Shown piece by piece: positions 22,001 to 30,542 of a DNA stretch of 64,000 nucleotides. The translations under genes were made by a program, and so were the position numbers. The first letter of the stretch is position 1, and each line of letters opens with the position of its first letter. The DNA comes from an uncultured bacterium (lineage in GTDB: Bacteria > Zixibacteria > MSB-5A5 > UBA10806). The notes beneath the pieces were generated by a model. It searched no databases. It was not told the origin of the DNA and was given only the letters and a program-made list of their open reading frames with translations. The stretch is from NCBI GenBank assembly GCA_965541585.1, contig CBEUCH010000012.1:49021-113020 (forward strand). Direction: 5' to 3'.

Positions 22001-22105
22001 CATTCCCCGGCGGGCGGCTTGCTCCAGGAGGGCCTCAATCGTACATACGCCGTGCAGAAACGAATAACTACTGCGACAACGAAGGTGTACGAAGTTCGTA
22101 GCCAT
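19070..22105 (-). CDS. dnaE2: DNA polymerase III alpha subunit, error-prone DnaE2/ImuC type
   Basis: PHP domain, GRGSAAS, PPDIDLD, HAGG, KIDLLG, GVFQIESP, YGFCKAHA, OB fold; about 1010 aa, no long C-terminal extension, paired with a Y-family polymerase. Confidence 0.88.
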   Translation of the reverse strand: MATNFVHLRCRSSYSFLHGVCTIEALLEQAARRGMGAVGIADLGGLYGMIEFYCKAREYNIKPVIGLEMETEAGRLMFLTRDFRGYGNLCRLSTIEKLHERLPSIEDIALHYGGLVAVAFETGCLDILKEIFSDDLYLGLVNFGDLRGRIRLQKTMREAEKFRVTPVAANPVAFVDQEDYPTHRVLRAIGEIVPVDQLGDDKIENPQAYFRGKKDSARLFSEFPESIAATLEIAEKCNVELPVGRLNFPTYDNETDKTNGRLLYELAFAGLQERYRKLTGEAISRLEYELNVIERSGFIDYFLIVRDIIDFCKRNKIPCVGRGSAASSIVSYCLGITEVCPIEHDLYFQRFLNEGRTDPPDIDLDLCWKSRDDVLEFVYEKYGRDRVAMIATTNRFALRGAIREVAKAFGLSGDEISDFTKRLPWGGQVDNLAKYMRTNPECHHLPVEKEPYRSIIEMAQKIEGYPRHLGIHAGGIVIAPGKLLDWTPLQMSAKPLGPYGGIAITQYDMYSIDDLGLVKIDLLGQRGLSTIEEAKDLIETKTGSRPATIPDRDPKAIDLLQKGKTVGVFQIESPGLRALLIAMKPKCINDITLALSLIRPGASESGMKKVFLERLFGRLPVEYPHPLLEPVLKETLGNVIYQEQVLKVAEAMAGFTPGQADLLRRAITKDRAQRDFAVMRQNFIKQSARRGVRKKIATEVFEMIAQFAGYGFCKAHAATYAVLSYCGAYLKAYHPIEYMAAMLSNFAGYYRPLVYAEEARRWGATLKPPTIDRPSDVCFVDGNDLYIGLAFVKNLSTNTIETIIDARKNKRFSDLFDFLKRARPSTDEAESLIKCGALDCLARTRPGLLWLHKIYGEKRLKQTGGNPMLDNLTIPEPELSFCPDLPDFDIDQRLKAETEILEMAVTCHPIQRLGSLNGHIKSVDLPKLENKKVKIVGLVADRKRIKTSNGRNMVFLTMEDEFDMFEVTLFPNVYQRVGERIFRKPILDITGTVQNEISGLTVVAERVEVVG

Positions 22106-23285
22106 CGACTACCTCACGGAAATTCTCGCCCAACGGCATCGTTCGCCCGGTGAATATCGCATGGTATCCCAGGCCGGCTCGTACCTTATCAAGACTGCGC
22201 GCCAGGTCGAACGGTCTTTCATCCTCAAAGAACTTTATCTGACGAAACGCGGGGGAGAGGTTCATAGCGGTTATCCCCAGGTGCCGGACGCCCACCTTGC
22301 GGCTGTAGATCCTGTTGAAAAGTGCGGTTATGTAAGCGTAGATTTCACCCTCGGAGTCCGATGGAGAACGCATCGTTCCGGTATCGTCCGACGATGAATA
22401 GTCCACATAACGAAGTTTGACGGCGACCCTGCCTGCCACCAGCTCGCGCTCTCGAAGTTTCTGGCAGACGCGTTCCAGCAGGTAGTACAGCGTCCCCTTC
22501 AGGAAGCCCCTGTCCACCGAATCGGCATTGAAGGTCGTCTCGCGGCTGATGGTTTTTGGCCGGGAGATCGGTTTTACCGAGCGGTTATCTATACCGTGGG
22601 CATAATCGTGCCACTCCGAGCCACGAATCCCGAAAAGCTCTACCAGGACCGGACGCGGTACATTGCAAAGGTCCCCGGCCGTATGGACGCCGAGCTCTGC
22701 CAGGAGCCTTTCGGTTTTATATCCCACGTTCGGCAGTTCTCTCACCGGCATCGACTGCAGCATGGTATGCGCTCGCCCGCTGCTTATCACGGTCAGGCCG
22801 TTCGGCTTTCTCATATTGCAGCCGATCTTAGCGAACATCTTGGAAATTGATATGCCGATCGAACAGCGCAGTTTCAATCTGTCCCATATCTTGTATTTCA
22901 AAGACGCCCCGAGCTCCCGGATCGAAGCGAACCTGTTTCCACAGCCGGTCAGGTCGAGATAGGCCTCGTCCATGGAGACCGGTTCAACCAGCGGCGTGTA
23001 TTCATCGAATATTTCCTGAACCCTTCTCCAGTAATCGAGATAGATCTTTATATCGCCCTTAACGAACACCGCCCGCGGTAAGCGGCGGTACGCCTCCGAC
23101 AACGATAATCCAAAGCTAATGCCCAGACGCCTGGCCTCGTAGGAGGCGCAGATGACGATCCCGCGGGTGCCGGGCTCTCCGCCCACTATCACTGGCTTGC
23201 CGGTCAAATCCGGGTTCAGCGCCTGCTCCACCGATGCCAGGAAGGCGTTCATATCCACCAGCGCTATTATTCTCTTCTTATCCAA
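22068..23285 (-). CDS. dinB: Y-family DNA polymerase IV
   Basis: DMNAFLASVE, SYEAR, SMDEAYLD, KPNG, little-finger domain; TTG start. Confidence 0.9.
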   Translation of the reverse strand: MDKKRIIALVDMNAFLASVEQALNPDLTGKPVIVGGEPGTRGIVICASYEARRLGISFGLSLSEAYRRLPRAVFVKGDIKIYLDYWRRVQEIFDEYTPLVEPVSMDEAYLDLTGCGNRFASIRELGASLKYKIWDRLKLRCSIGISISKMFAKIGCNMRKPNGLTVISSGRAHTMLQSMPVRELPNVGYKTERLLAELGVHTAGDLCNVPRPVLVELFGIRGSEWHDYAHGIDNRSVKPISRPKTISRETTFNADSVDRGFLKGTLYYLLERVCQKLRERELVAGRVAVKLRYVDYSSSDDTGTMRSPSDSEGEIYAYITALFNRIYSRKVGVRHLGITAMNLSPAFRQIKFFEDERPFDLARSLDKVRAGLGYHAIFTGRTMPLGENFREVVDGYELRTPSLSQ

Positions 23286-23309
23286 ATCGCCCCGCCTTTG
23301 CCATGTTCA

Positions 23310-23338
23310 AAGATACTGCACATATGTGTAGTCGTCAA
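23310..23338 (-). promoter_or_regulatory. dinB-dnaE2 promoter with palindromic operator (LexA-box-like)
   Basis: Minus strand TTGACG-N17-TATCTT; the spacer is filled by the palindrome ACTGCACATATGTGTAGT (23315-23332). Confidence 0.7.
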
Positions 23339-23583
23339 GAGAAAAGAGCGATTTAGTGAAAAAACCCGGCGATACCTGACTAAGGACCTATCTTTATGAT
23401 GTTCAAGGGGATAAACTGGTAGCTTGATGTAAGGCTATAGATCTGAAGCGACCCGAAACTTATCCACGTTGCAAAAGGGGTAATCCAAAAAGGAACCGTA
23501 GCTAATTATGGTATTCTGGATTCCCTAATCGCCGATAAACTGGCTAACAAACCCGAAAAAGCAAAACCCAAAGGGGGGGAGAA

Positions 23584-23937
23584 ATGGATTATTCTTATGC
23601 ACAGAGCCCTGAAATACCGGCGATCTTCTGGCTCATCATGCTGGCCGCCTACGCCTATTTTGCATTCAGCATCCAGATTATCGCCAACAAAACCAGCACA
23701 CCGAACAGCTGGATGGCCTGGGTGCCGATTTTGAATGTTGTTCTTCTCTGCAATATCGGAGACAAACCGGTCTGGTGGGTATTGCTGATGTTCATTCCGC
23801 TGGTGAATATGGTCATAACAGTCATGCTCTGGATGGCGGTTTCGGAGGCGCGTCAGAAATCACCCTGGATAGGAGTCTTGATGATCCTGCCGTTTTTGAA
23901 CCTGATCGTGCCGGGCTATCTGGCTTTTTCCGAGTAA
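23584..23937 (+). CDS. DUF5684-like membrane protein
   Basis: WMAWVPILN...KPVWWVLLMFIPLVN...YLAFS pattern. Confidence 0.75.
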   Translation: MDYSYAQSPEIPAIFWLIMLAAYAYFAFSIQIIANKTSTPNSWMAWVPILNVVLLCNIGDKPVWWVLLMFIPLVNMVITVMLWMAVSEARQKSPWIGVLMILPFLNLIVPGYLAFSE

Positions 23938-23958
23938 GAATTAGAGTAAATGAATCGG

Positions 23959-23988
23959 CCGCGGTCGGCGCTGTCGACTGCGGTTTTT
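23959..23988 (+). terminator. Rho-independent terminator
   Basis: CCGCGGTCGGC/GTCGACTGCGG stem followed by TTTTT. Confidence 0.6.
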
Positions 23989-24024
23989 ATATGCCGGAGG
24001 GCCAGCAGGTTTTCACCAATTATC

Positions 24025-24053
24025 TTGACTGCCTGATCGCCCGCAGATATATT
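24025..24053 (+). promoter_or_regulatory. tRNA promoter
   Basis: TTGACT-N17-TATATT upstream of the tRNA. Confidence 0.6.
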
Positions 24054-24077
24054 TCCATGGCAGAGATTTGGATTCAA

Positions 24078-24149
24078 GCGGGTGTAATTCAGTGGTAGAA
24101 TGTCAGCTTCCCAAGCTGGACGTCGTGGGTTCGACCCCCATCGCCCGCT
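24078..24149 (+). tRNA. tRNA-Gly(CCC), CCA not encoded
   Basis: Acceptor GCGGGTG/CGCCCGC, D arm, anticodon arm TCAGC-TTCCCAA-GCTGG, T loop GGTTCGACCC. Confidence 0.95.
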
Positions 24150-25623
24150 AATTCTGTCGACAGGATCAGGCCATTCAGGAAGTTCGTAAGGGTTAAAAGC
24201 GTCGATAGAATCATCTACAGATTAGCGGCCTGCGTGCTGGATACCCGAAAAAACGAAAATGAACTTGCGATTTTACACAATTAAGTCGACATGATCATTA
24301 GATGCCAAGAAAAGAAATTGATTTGACAAATATAAAATAAAAACCATATTTTAATATATGAGTTTGGATTTATTTGACTTTCTTTATCGGGCTATAGAAC
24401 CCGAGCGTTTTTTAGATATTGTAATTTATGCTTTTATCTATATTATTTTGGCTGTAATACCGTTAATTTCTTTTGGCGTATCTTTTAAGTTAATAAAAAG
24501 AAATTGGCCAAATATATTTAAGTCATTTGGCATTTTAATCATACCCACTATTATGTATGGAGTTATACTATACACTATAATACCTTGGACTCAAAGATTT
24601 CCCGACGACAAAATAGGTGTCCTCCTACCAAGATTGCCTGGAAGTCAATTATCAGAACACTTTGGAGATCAACAATTCAATGAAGCGCTCAAGACAGAAT
24701 TGGAAGCCGCCCTTCAAGACATTTCTATTGAATTTCAATTACCACAACTATATAAAATGGTAGAATTTAAACCAATATCATGGGTTGCCGGCGACGAAAA
24801 AGAAGCTAAAAAATTAAAAAGCAAATATAATGCAGCGGTGGTTTATTGGGGCAGAATTACAAAGCTCAAGGACGAGGCGGAGCTAACTTTGACAGCACAG
24901 TTTGCACATTTTGAATTTATAGTAAATATACCAAATTCCGATAGGCTTGAGTTTCATTTTACAGACTATTCCGGGTCATATTATGAAATTAAATTATCTG
25001 AATCTAATAGAAGTCTTTATAAATTCTCTCGTATTTTCATAAAAAGGCTTTTATTTACGATTGCAAGTAAAATGAGATATAAGGATAAACTGTTTTTTAT
25101 TGATATCGTAGAAAAGCTTCCGTCTATTGATTCAGGATATAAAGATTATGATGAAACTCCTTTTATACTCTTGAGTGCTGCCGCCGCTTTTGAAGAAATG
25201 GACAGCTTAGAAAAGGCGATGGAATATTATCGGCTTTCCGCTAATTTTTTGGCATCATATAAGGATAGAATTGAAAATGACGAAACTATCCTAACAATTA
25301 CGGAAAAAGAAATTCGGCGTTTCGGGGCTTTCGCAAAAGCCAAAGAAGCATCTATTGCTTTAGGACTCGACGACAAAGAACGTGCGGAGGCCTGTTACAA
25401 ACAAGCTATTTCAATTCCTGATAAAGCAATGCAGGAAATTATAAAGAATGATGATGTTTTCCGGGAATTCAATAAAAAGAGATAATTTTCATAATTATAA
25501 ACGAGGCTAATTCTATAATATTATAAATATAACATAAATAATGTCTCTGGTTAAATAAAAAAGGCGACCTGCCACCACATAAAAGCTGGACGTCGTGGGT
25601 TCGACCCCCATCGCCCGCTAATT
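24113..25623. mobile_element. tRNA-Gly-anchored mini genomic islet bounded by 41-bp att-like direct repeats
   Basis: 24113-24153 (tRNA 3' half plus AATT) is repeated exactly at 25583-25623; the interior is AT-rich with one gene and no integrase. Confidence 0.75.
24358..25485 (+). CDS. AT-rich hypothetical membrane protein with C-terminal TPR-like helices
   Basis: Two N-terminal TM segments; AAVVYWG; C-terminal A..YY..S / A..CYKQA TPR-like pattern. Confidence 0.65.
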   Translation: MSLDLFDFLYRAIEPERFLDIVIYAFIYIILAVIPLISFGVSFKLIKRNWPNIFKSFGILIIPTIMYGVILYTIIPWTQRFPDDKIGVLLPRLPGSQLSEHFGDQQFNEALKTELEAALQDISIEFQLPQLYKMVEFKPISWVAGDEKEAKKLKSKYNAAVVYWGRITKLKDEAELTLTAQFAHFEFIVNIPNSDRLEFHFTDYSGSYYEIKLSESNRSLYKFSRIFIKRLLFTIASKMRYKDKLFFIDIVEKLPSIDSGYKDYDETPFILLSAAAAFEEMDSLEKAMEYYRLSANFLASYKDRIENDETILTITEKEIRRFGAFAKAKEASIALGLDDKERAEACYKQAISIPDKAMQEIIKNDDVFREFNKKR

Positions 25624-25692
25624 GAATTAAAAGATCCGGCGCACAAATCATGCTCTATGATAGCGTATTCTCGATGAATCGCATGGCAGATA

Positions 25693-25826
25693 CCCCCCAG
25701 CGGTTGAGGATGGAGGCCCGAACGTTGATATGATAGACCCACATTTCGCTTGACATGTAAGTAATTATAACTTTTATTATGTCTCAGGACTGCTGTTTAA
25801 CCCAACTTCTTACCCTTGAGAATCTA
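25693..25826 (+). repeat. Duplicated ~135-bp upstream/promoter region, copy 1
   Basis: Colinear with 27703-27838; shared blocks GCGGTTGAGG, TATGATAGA, ATTTCGCTTGACAT, CCCAACTTCTTACCCTTG. Confidence 0.85.
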
Positions 25827-25873
25827 ATAGGGTATTGAACTGAACTTAGAACAATTTCACAGTTGAAGGGAGA

Positions 25874-27640
25874 ATGAGAATGAGACTATTCAAAAACGTC
25901 CTGTCGATTGCGGTGCTTTGCCTGGCAGCGACACTGTCGCTTGGCGATACGTTGTCGGCACAGGACGTTGCCCCGGGTGTGGATCTCTGGGTAACTCCGC
26001 CTGACGGTAACACTTATATGGATTTTGCCGTTACTTCCGTCCCGGCGGACTTTTTCGGCCCTGGCTCAGATCCTTTCGATGGCGTGGTCCCGTTACAGGG
26101 CGAGCCATTGAACACATCGCCGCCCGATCTGCTCGGGCCCACAGACACAATTGTCAAACGAACAGAATCAGCGACGCTTCCTGCCTGTGGGGCATCCGAC
26201 CCCATAGAAATAGAATTAGTCGCGCTATCGCTGGTGAGTATTGATCCCGTAACGGTGACCTACAATGGCGGGCAGAACCCCGAACTATGGGACCTTGGAA
26301 TCTGTTTGTCAAGTTCGGCCTCTCAAGATCCGGGATCTATGACAATTACGAAGGGGTGCGATGAGGGCGGAACGTTTACAGCCGAACTCCTTGTGCGTCC
26401 AAAGTTCACATTTACAAGGGTGGGTGAACCGTGGGACATACGCGTTTTTGATTTCGGCAATGAGGGGTACCCGTCAATTCCGCTCGAAACCTCGGACGGC
26501 CACTGGCTTTATTCTGATCCGGGATTTGGCATAATCACCTCACCCGGCGGGGATGTCGACCATGACTGCAATCCGGATACAGGAGATATTCCGTTCGGGT
26601 TGAGCAGCAATTTCTTCCCGGGGCTTCAGGGATTACCCTGCGACTGCGTTAACAATCCGACTGAACATAATATAGTCCTGACCTATTTTTTAAATCCTTC
26701 ATTAATAGTCGGCCATGGCGTTTTGCCGCCGCAGCTTGAAACCGAACCCGTATACGATCTCTGGGAGACGCCAGAAGACTACAATACATATGTGGAGTTC
26801 GGCTGTGGGCCAAGCACTCCCCCGATACCTGCTGATTTCTTCGGCCCTGGTTCGGATCCTTTCACAGGCAATGTTGTGCTCAGGGGGGAACCGTTGACTG
26901 CTACGCCCGATGTTCTGGGTCCAACCGACACTATAATCAAGCGGAGTAGAGTTGCAGACTTGCCCCAGTGTCCTTCTTCAGATCAGATAGAGGTCGAAAT
27001 AGTGGCGCTGAGCCTGGTAAGTGTTGCTCCAATCATTGTCACATATAACGGCGGGCAAGATCCTGAGTCATGGGATGTCGAAGTGTGCCTGTCAAGCAGT
27101 CCTCAGCTACCAGGTTCCATGACAATAAACCAGGTGTGCCAGGAAGGAGGCACGTTTACAGCCGACATCCCCGTGCTTCCATTGTTCACATTTACCGAAG
27201 TGGATCCCCCTCATAATCAGGTGTATTATGATCTGGGTCTGGACGGAGCCCCGCCAATCCCTTACGATATTACTGACGGCCATTGGCTGTTCACCGATCC
27301 CAGCTTTGGCATATACACTTCTCCGGGGGAGGTACAGGTGGATAATTGCGGCGATGACGGGGCTTTGATTGGCCAGAGCGCTGTTGATCTGATCCCGGGG
27401 CTGCGGGCGATACCATGCATTGATTGTAATGCTCCGGCGGAAGATCACGATATTCCGATAACGTCGTTGGTGGCACCCGATAATTGTGCACAACATGATG
27501 TCTGGCCGCCGCATGATGTCGTCGAAGCCATCCCCACCCTCTCCGAATGGGGGATGCTGATAATGGGGTTGCTGTTACTATCTATCGCGACGGTTGCGGT
27601 TGTGAGGAGAAGGAAAGCGGCGATAAGCAGGGCTGCTTGA
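25874..27640 (+). CDS. Secreted protein with two tandem ~258-aa Cys-containing domains and IPTL-CTERM
   Basis: Signal peptide; PADFFGPGSDPF, GPTDTI.KR, EIVALSLVS each occur twice, units start 774 bp apart; ends [14 protein letters not shown]. Confidence 0.85.
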   Translation: MRMRLFKNVLSIAVLCLAATLSLGDTLSAQDVAPGVDLWVTPPDGNTYMDFAVTSVPADFFGPGSDPFDGVVPLQGEPLNTSPPDLLGPTDTIVKRTESATLPACGASDPIEIELVALSLVSIDPVTVTYNGGQNPELWDLGICLSSSASQDPGSMTITKGCDEGGTFTAELLVRPKFTFTRVGEPWDIRVFDFGNEGYPSIPLETSDGHWLYSDPGFGIITSPGGDVDHDCNPDTGDIPFGLSSNFFPGLQGLPCDCVNNPTEHNIVLTYFLNPSLIVGHGVLPPQLETEPVYDLWETPEDYNTYVEFGCGPSTPPIPADFFGPGSDPFTGNVVLRGEPLTATPDVLGPTDTIIKRSRVADLPQCPSSDQIEVEIVALSLVSVAPIIVTYNGGQDPESWDVEVCLSSSPQLPGSMTINQVCQEGGTFTADIPVLPLFTFTEVDPPHNQVYYDLGLDGAPPIPYDITDGHWLFTDPSFGIYTSPGEVQVDNCGDDGALIGQSAVDLIPGLRAIPCIDCNAPAEDHDIPITSLVAPDNCAQHDVWPPHDVVEAIPTLSEWGMLIMGLLLLSIATVAVVRRRKAAISRAA

Positions 27641-27665
27641 TTTCTATATAAGATTTGCTACAAAT

Positions 27666-27698
27666 AAGAGGCTACTTCATGGTAGCCTCTTTTATTTT
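27666..27698 (+). terminator. Rho-independent terminator
   Basis: AAGAGGCTAC-TTCATG-GTAGCCTCTT plus T-rich tail. Confidence 0.8.
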
Positions 27699-27702
27699 GC
27701 TT

Positions 27703-27838
27703 CCCCCCCGGCGGTTGAGGGATGGAAACCCACAGGCTGGTATGATAGATCCATATTTCGCTTGACATATAAGTAATGATACCTTTTATTATACTTCGGG
27801 ACTGATGTTTAGCCCAACTTCTTACCCTTGAAAATCTA
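27703..27838 (+). repeat. Duplicated ~135-bp upstream/promoter region, copy 2
   Basis: See 25693-25826. Confidence 0.85.
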
Positions 27839-27972
27839 GAAGGAGAAGGACTGTTAAAGACAGAGCACTACAAACACTTACGGTGACTGCCGTGATGGTT
27901 ACAGTCATCATCGTAGGTTCTGATAATATCCGGACCATAGGGATAGGGTAGGATCAAATTTAGGTGGATAAC

Positions 27973-29892
27973 ATGAAATCCTCAAATATCGCGTTCTTGA
28001 TAAAAGTACTGATTGTCGTTTCAGTATTATTGACTATTAGTTGTACAACAGATCCTGTTGTTGATCCGGTTGAGAACCAACCGCCGGATACCCCATCCAA
28101 TCCATCTCCTGCTGCTGGGGCTGTGGATGTTTCAATTGATGTTGATTTATCCTGGACTTGTAGCGACCCCGACGGAGATCCCTTAGTATATACTGTATAT
28201 TTTGGTACTGATTTAGATCCTCCTCGCGTGGATTCGGATCCTCAGACGACTTATGATCCAGGTACATTGGATAATAATACTGTATATTATTGGAAAATTG
28301 AGGCGTATGATCAATATAGTGCTGAAACTGTAAGTGGACCAGTGTGGTCATTTTTTACAGAGGGATCGGAAGGAAATCAGCCACCGAATATCCCATCCAA
28401 TCCATACCCGCCTCATCAGGCTGATAGGGTTTCAATTGAAGTTGATTTATCCTGGGATTGTACTGACCCCGATGGAGATCCCTTAGTATATATTGTATAT
28501 TTTGGTACTGATGTGAATCCTCCTCACGTGGATTCGGATCCTCAGACGACTTATGATCCAGGTATATTGGAGACTCTTACCACATATTATTGGAGAATTG
28601 TGGCGTATGATCAATTTAGTGGTGAACCTGTAAGCGGACCAGTGTGGTCATTTTCTACAGGAGAAGGAACTCAGCCACCGAATATCCCGTCCAATCCATA
28701 CCCGCCTCATCAGGCTGATAGGGTTTCAATTGAAGTTGATTTATCCTGGACTTGTATTGACCCTGATGGAGATGAATTAACTTATAATGTATTTTTTGGT
28801 ACCGCTTCGGATCCTCCTCCTGTGGGTTCTCCCCAATCTCAAGCGACTTACGATCCAGGTATATTGGAGAGTAACACCACATATTATTGGAAAATTGAGG
28901 CGTCTGATCCAGATGGTGAAACTGCAATCGGACCAGTGTGGTCATTTTCGACAGAAGAAGAAAATCAGCCACCGAATATCCCATCCAATCCATCTCCGGC
29001 TGATGATGCCGAGGATGTTTCAATTGAAGTTGATTTGTCCTGGGATTGTACTGACCCCGATGGAGATGAATTAACTTATAATGTATTTTTTGGTACTGCT
29101 TCGGATCCTCCTCCCGTGGGTACTCCCCAATCTCAAGCGACTTACGATCCGGGTATATTGGAGAGCAATACCACATATTATTGGAAAATTGAGGCGTCTG
29201 ATCCAGATGGTGAAACTGCAGTCGGACCAGTGTGGTCATTTTCTACAGAAGATAATCAGGGGATATTTGCGGCGCTCGATGTTTTGAGATATCCTACATA
29301 TTACGATGGAACGGTTTATTATGACGACCAAATCACAGCCCGGTTTGATAGCTCTTATAGTCCCGAATATCCATTGGAACCGTTGCAGGCAGATGCTGTA
29401 TATTGCAATGAATACACACTCGAATGGTCGGATCTTTATGAACTTCATATGTATACGGATCCAGCCCATGAGCCTTTTATCCAGCACGGTCGAAATTACA
29501 CCTTTGAAGTAGTTGGTAATGAAATCGTTCCGAGTCTGATTGATGATGTAACTTACCCTGATTGCTCGCCATATATTACAAATATTGCAGAGGTAGATAC
29601 TTTATCATTCGATGGCTTTGACGTAGAGTGGGGAGGCTATTGTCAGGGATCTGTTCGACTTGTGATAATGGCCAGTTACCAGGGGGATTCAACCGGTGTG
29701 GATTTCGAAACGGAAAACGACGGCAGCTATAGTTTTACATCGTCCGATCTTGCACCTATGAATAATATAGCCGGAGATTATTATATGTATCTGATTCTCC
29801 AGAACTCAAGATCAATTGATGCGGTTGGTTATGACACCAGGAGTTATGTCAACGCAAGTTCATTTAACATTTTGGGCTTTTCTATCGAATGA
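27973..29892 (+). CDS. Lipoprotein with four tandem FN3/Ig-like repeats
   Basis: Lipobox TISC; four QPP..PSNP...LSW.C.DPDGD...YFGT...YYW.I.A...GPVWSF units. Start is GTG 27964 or ATG 27973. Confidence 0.82.
   Translation: MKSSNIAFLIKVLIVVSVLLTISCTTDPVVDPVENQPPDTPSNPSPAAGAVDVSIDVDLSWTCSDPDGDPLVYTVYFGTDLDPPRVDSDPQTTYDPGTLDNNTVYYWKIEAYDQYSAETVSGPVWSFFTEGSEGNQPPNIPSNPYPPHQADRVSIEVDLSWDCTDPDGDPLVYIVYFGTDVNPPHVDSDPQTTYDPGILETLTTYYWRIVAYDQFSGEPVSGPVWSFSTGEGTQPPNIPSNPYPPHQADRVSIEVDLSWTCIDPDGDELTYNVFFGTASDPPPVGSPQSQATYDPGILESNTTYYWKIEASDPDGETAIGPVWSFSTEEENQPPNIPSNPSPADDAEDVSIEVDLSWDCTDPDGDELTYNVFFGTASDPPPVGTPQSQATYDPGILESNTTYYWKIEASDPDGETAVGPVWSFSTEDNQGIFAALDVLRYPTYYDGTVYYDDQITARFDSSYSPEYPLEPLQADAVYCNEYTLEWSDLYELHMYTDPAHEPFIQHGRNYTFEVVGNEIVPSLIDDVTYPDCSPYITNIAEVDTLSFDGFDVEWGGYCQGSVRLVIMASYQGDSTGVDFETENDGSYSFTSSDLAPMNNIAGDYYMYLILQNSRSIDAVGYDTRSYVNASSFNILGFSIE
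28075..29253 (+). repeat. Four intragenic tandem repeats of about 291-300 bp
   Basis: Units start at 28075, 28375, 28669 and 28963 with high nucleotide identity. Confidence 0.9.
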
Positions 29893-30128
29893 GAACATAC
29901 GTGTACCGCTCCCTTTTTTGATGCTGATTGGTTGTTAGTCTCTTAGTGTACGTTATATATTTTTTCAAACCTGTTCGGTGACGGCATTACCTTTAGGGTA
30001 ATTGTAACGGACGAAAGCACGTCAATATAATGATAATCAGCAACCCTCGTTTCGTATGTAAATATTCAAAGGCGTCCTATTCAAAGATAAGACGCCTCGA
30101 CAAAACAGTATAATAGGAAAGAGCGTAT

Positions 30129-30401
30129 TTAGACCGGCACTTCCTGTTTCGATTCTATCTTTCCCATCGGGACATTTGAACTTGCCAGTTCCTCGATATG
30201 TTTCCTCAGTTCCTGGTTGGTTTCAAGAAGTTTTTCTTTAAATCCGAATCTCTCCAACATTCTCGTTCTGATCAGAAGACCGAGCGAAACGAGCAAGAAC
30301 ACGAATGAATTGGCGCTACGAAATAGATAGCCGTAATTCAACTGGGAATCGAGAACAGCTAATACGCCAAGACCGAAAAGCACTAAACTCCAGATGAACA
30401 T
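30129..30401 (-). CDS. Small membrane protein with coiled-coil tail
   Basis: Two TM segments, G-rich SD, hairpin 30070-30097 downstream. Confidence 0.65.
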   Translation of the reverse strand: MFIWSLVLFGLGVLAVLDSQLNYGYLFRSANSFVFLLVSLGLLIRTRMLERFGFKEKLLETNQELRKHIEELASSNVPMGKIESKQEVPV

Positions 30402-30513
30402 AAATCCCCCCCTGCCTTAGGATGAATACTTCGATTATGTATTATTATCGACATGACGATATATTTAATTAGTTATTTGTAAGCTGAAGGCTGCTAAATA
30501 CTTATCAAGTCTC

Positions 30514-30542
30514 GTAGGTCAGGAGCCCTGTGCTCCTGACAT
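30514..30542. repeat. REP-like GTAG hairpin
   Basis: GTAG-GTCAGGAGC-CCTGT-GCTCCTGAC-AT; related to 15468-15503. Confidence 0.7.

Noticed and set aside
25583..25623. Second tRNA-Gly gene
   Set aside because: Only the 3' half is present; no D arm or 5' acceptor strand. Treated as an att repeat.
28037..29239. Repetitive minus-strand ORFs (104 aa and 194 aa)
   Set aside because: Antisense shadows of the FN3-like repeats.
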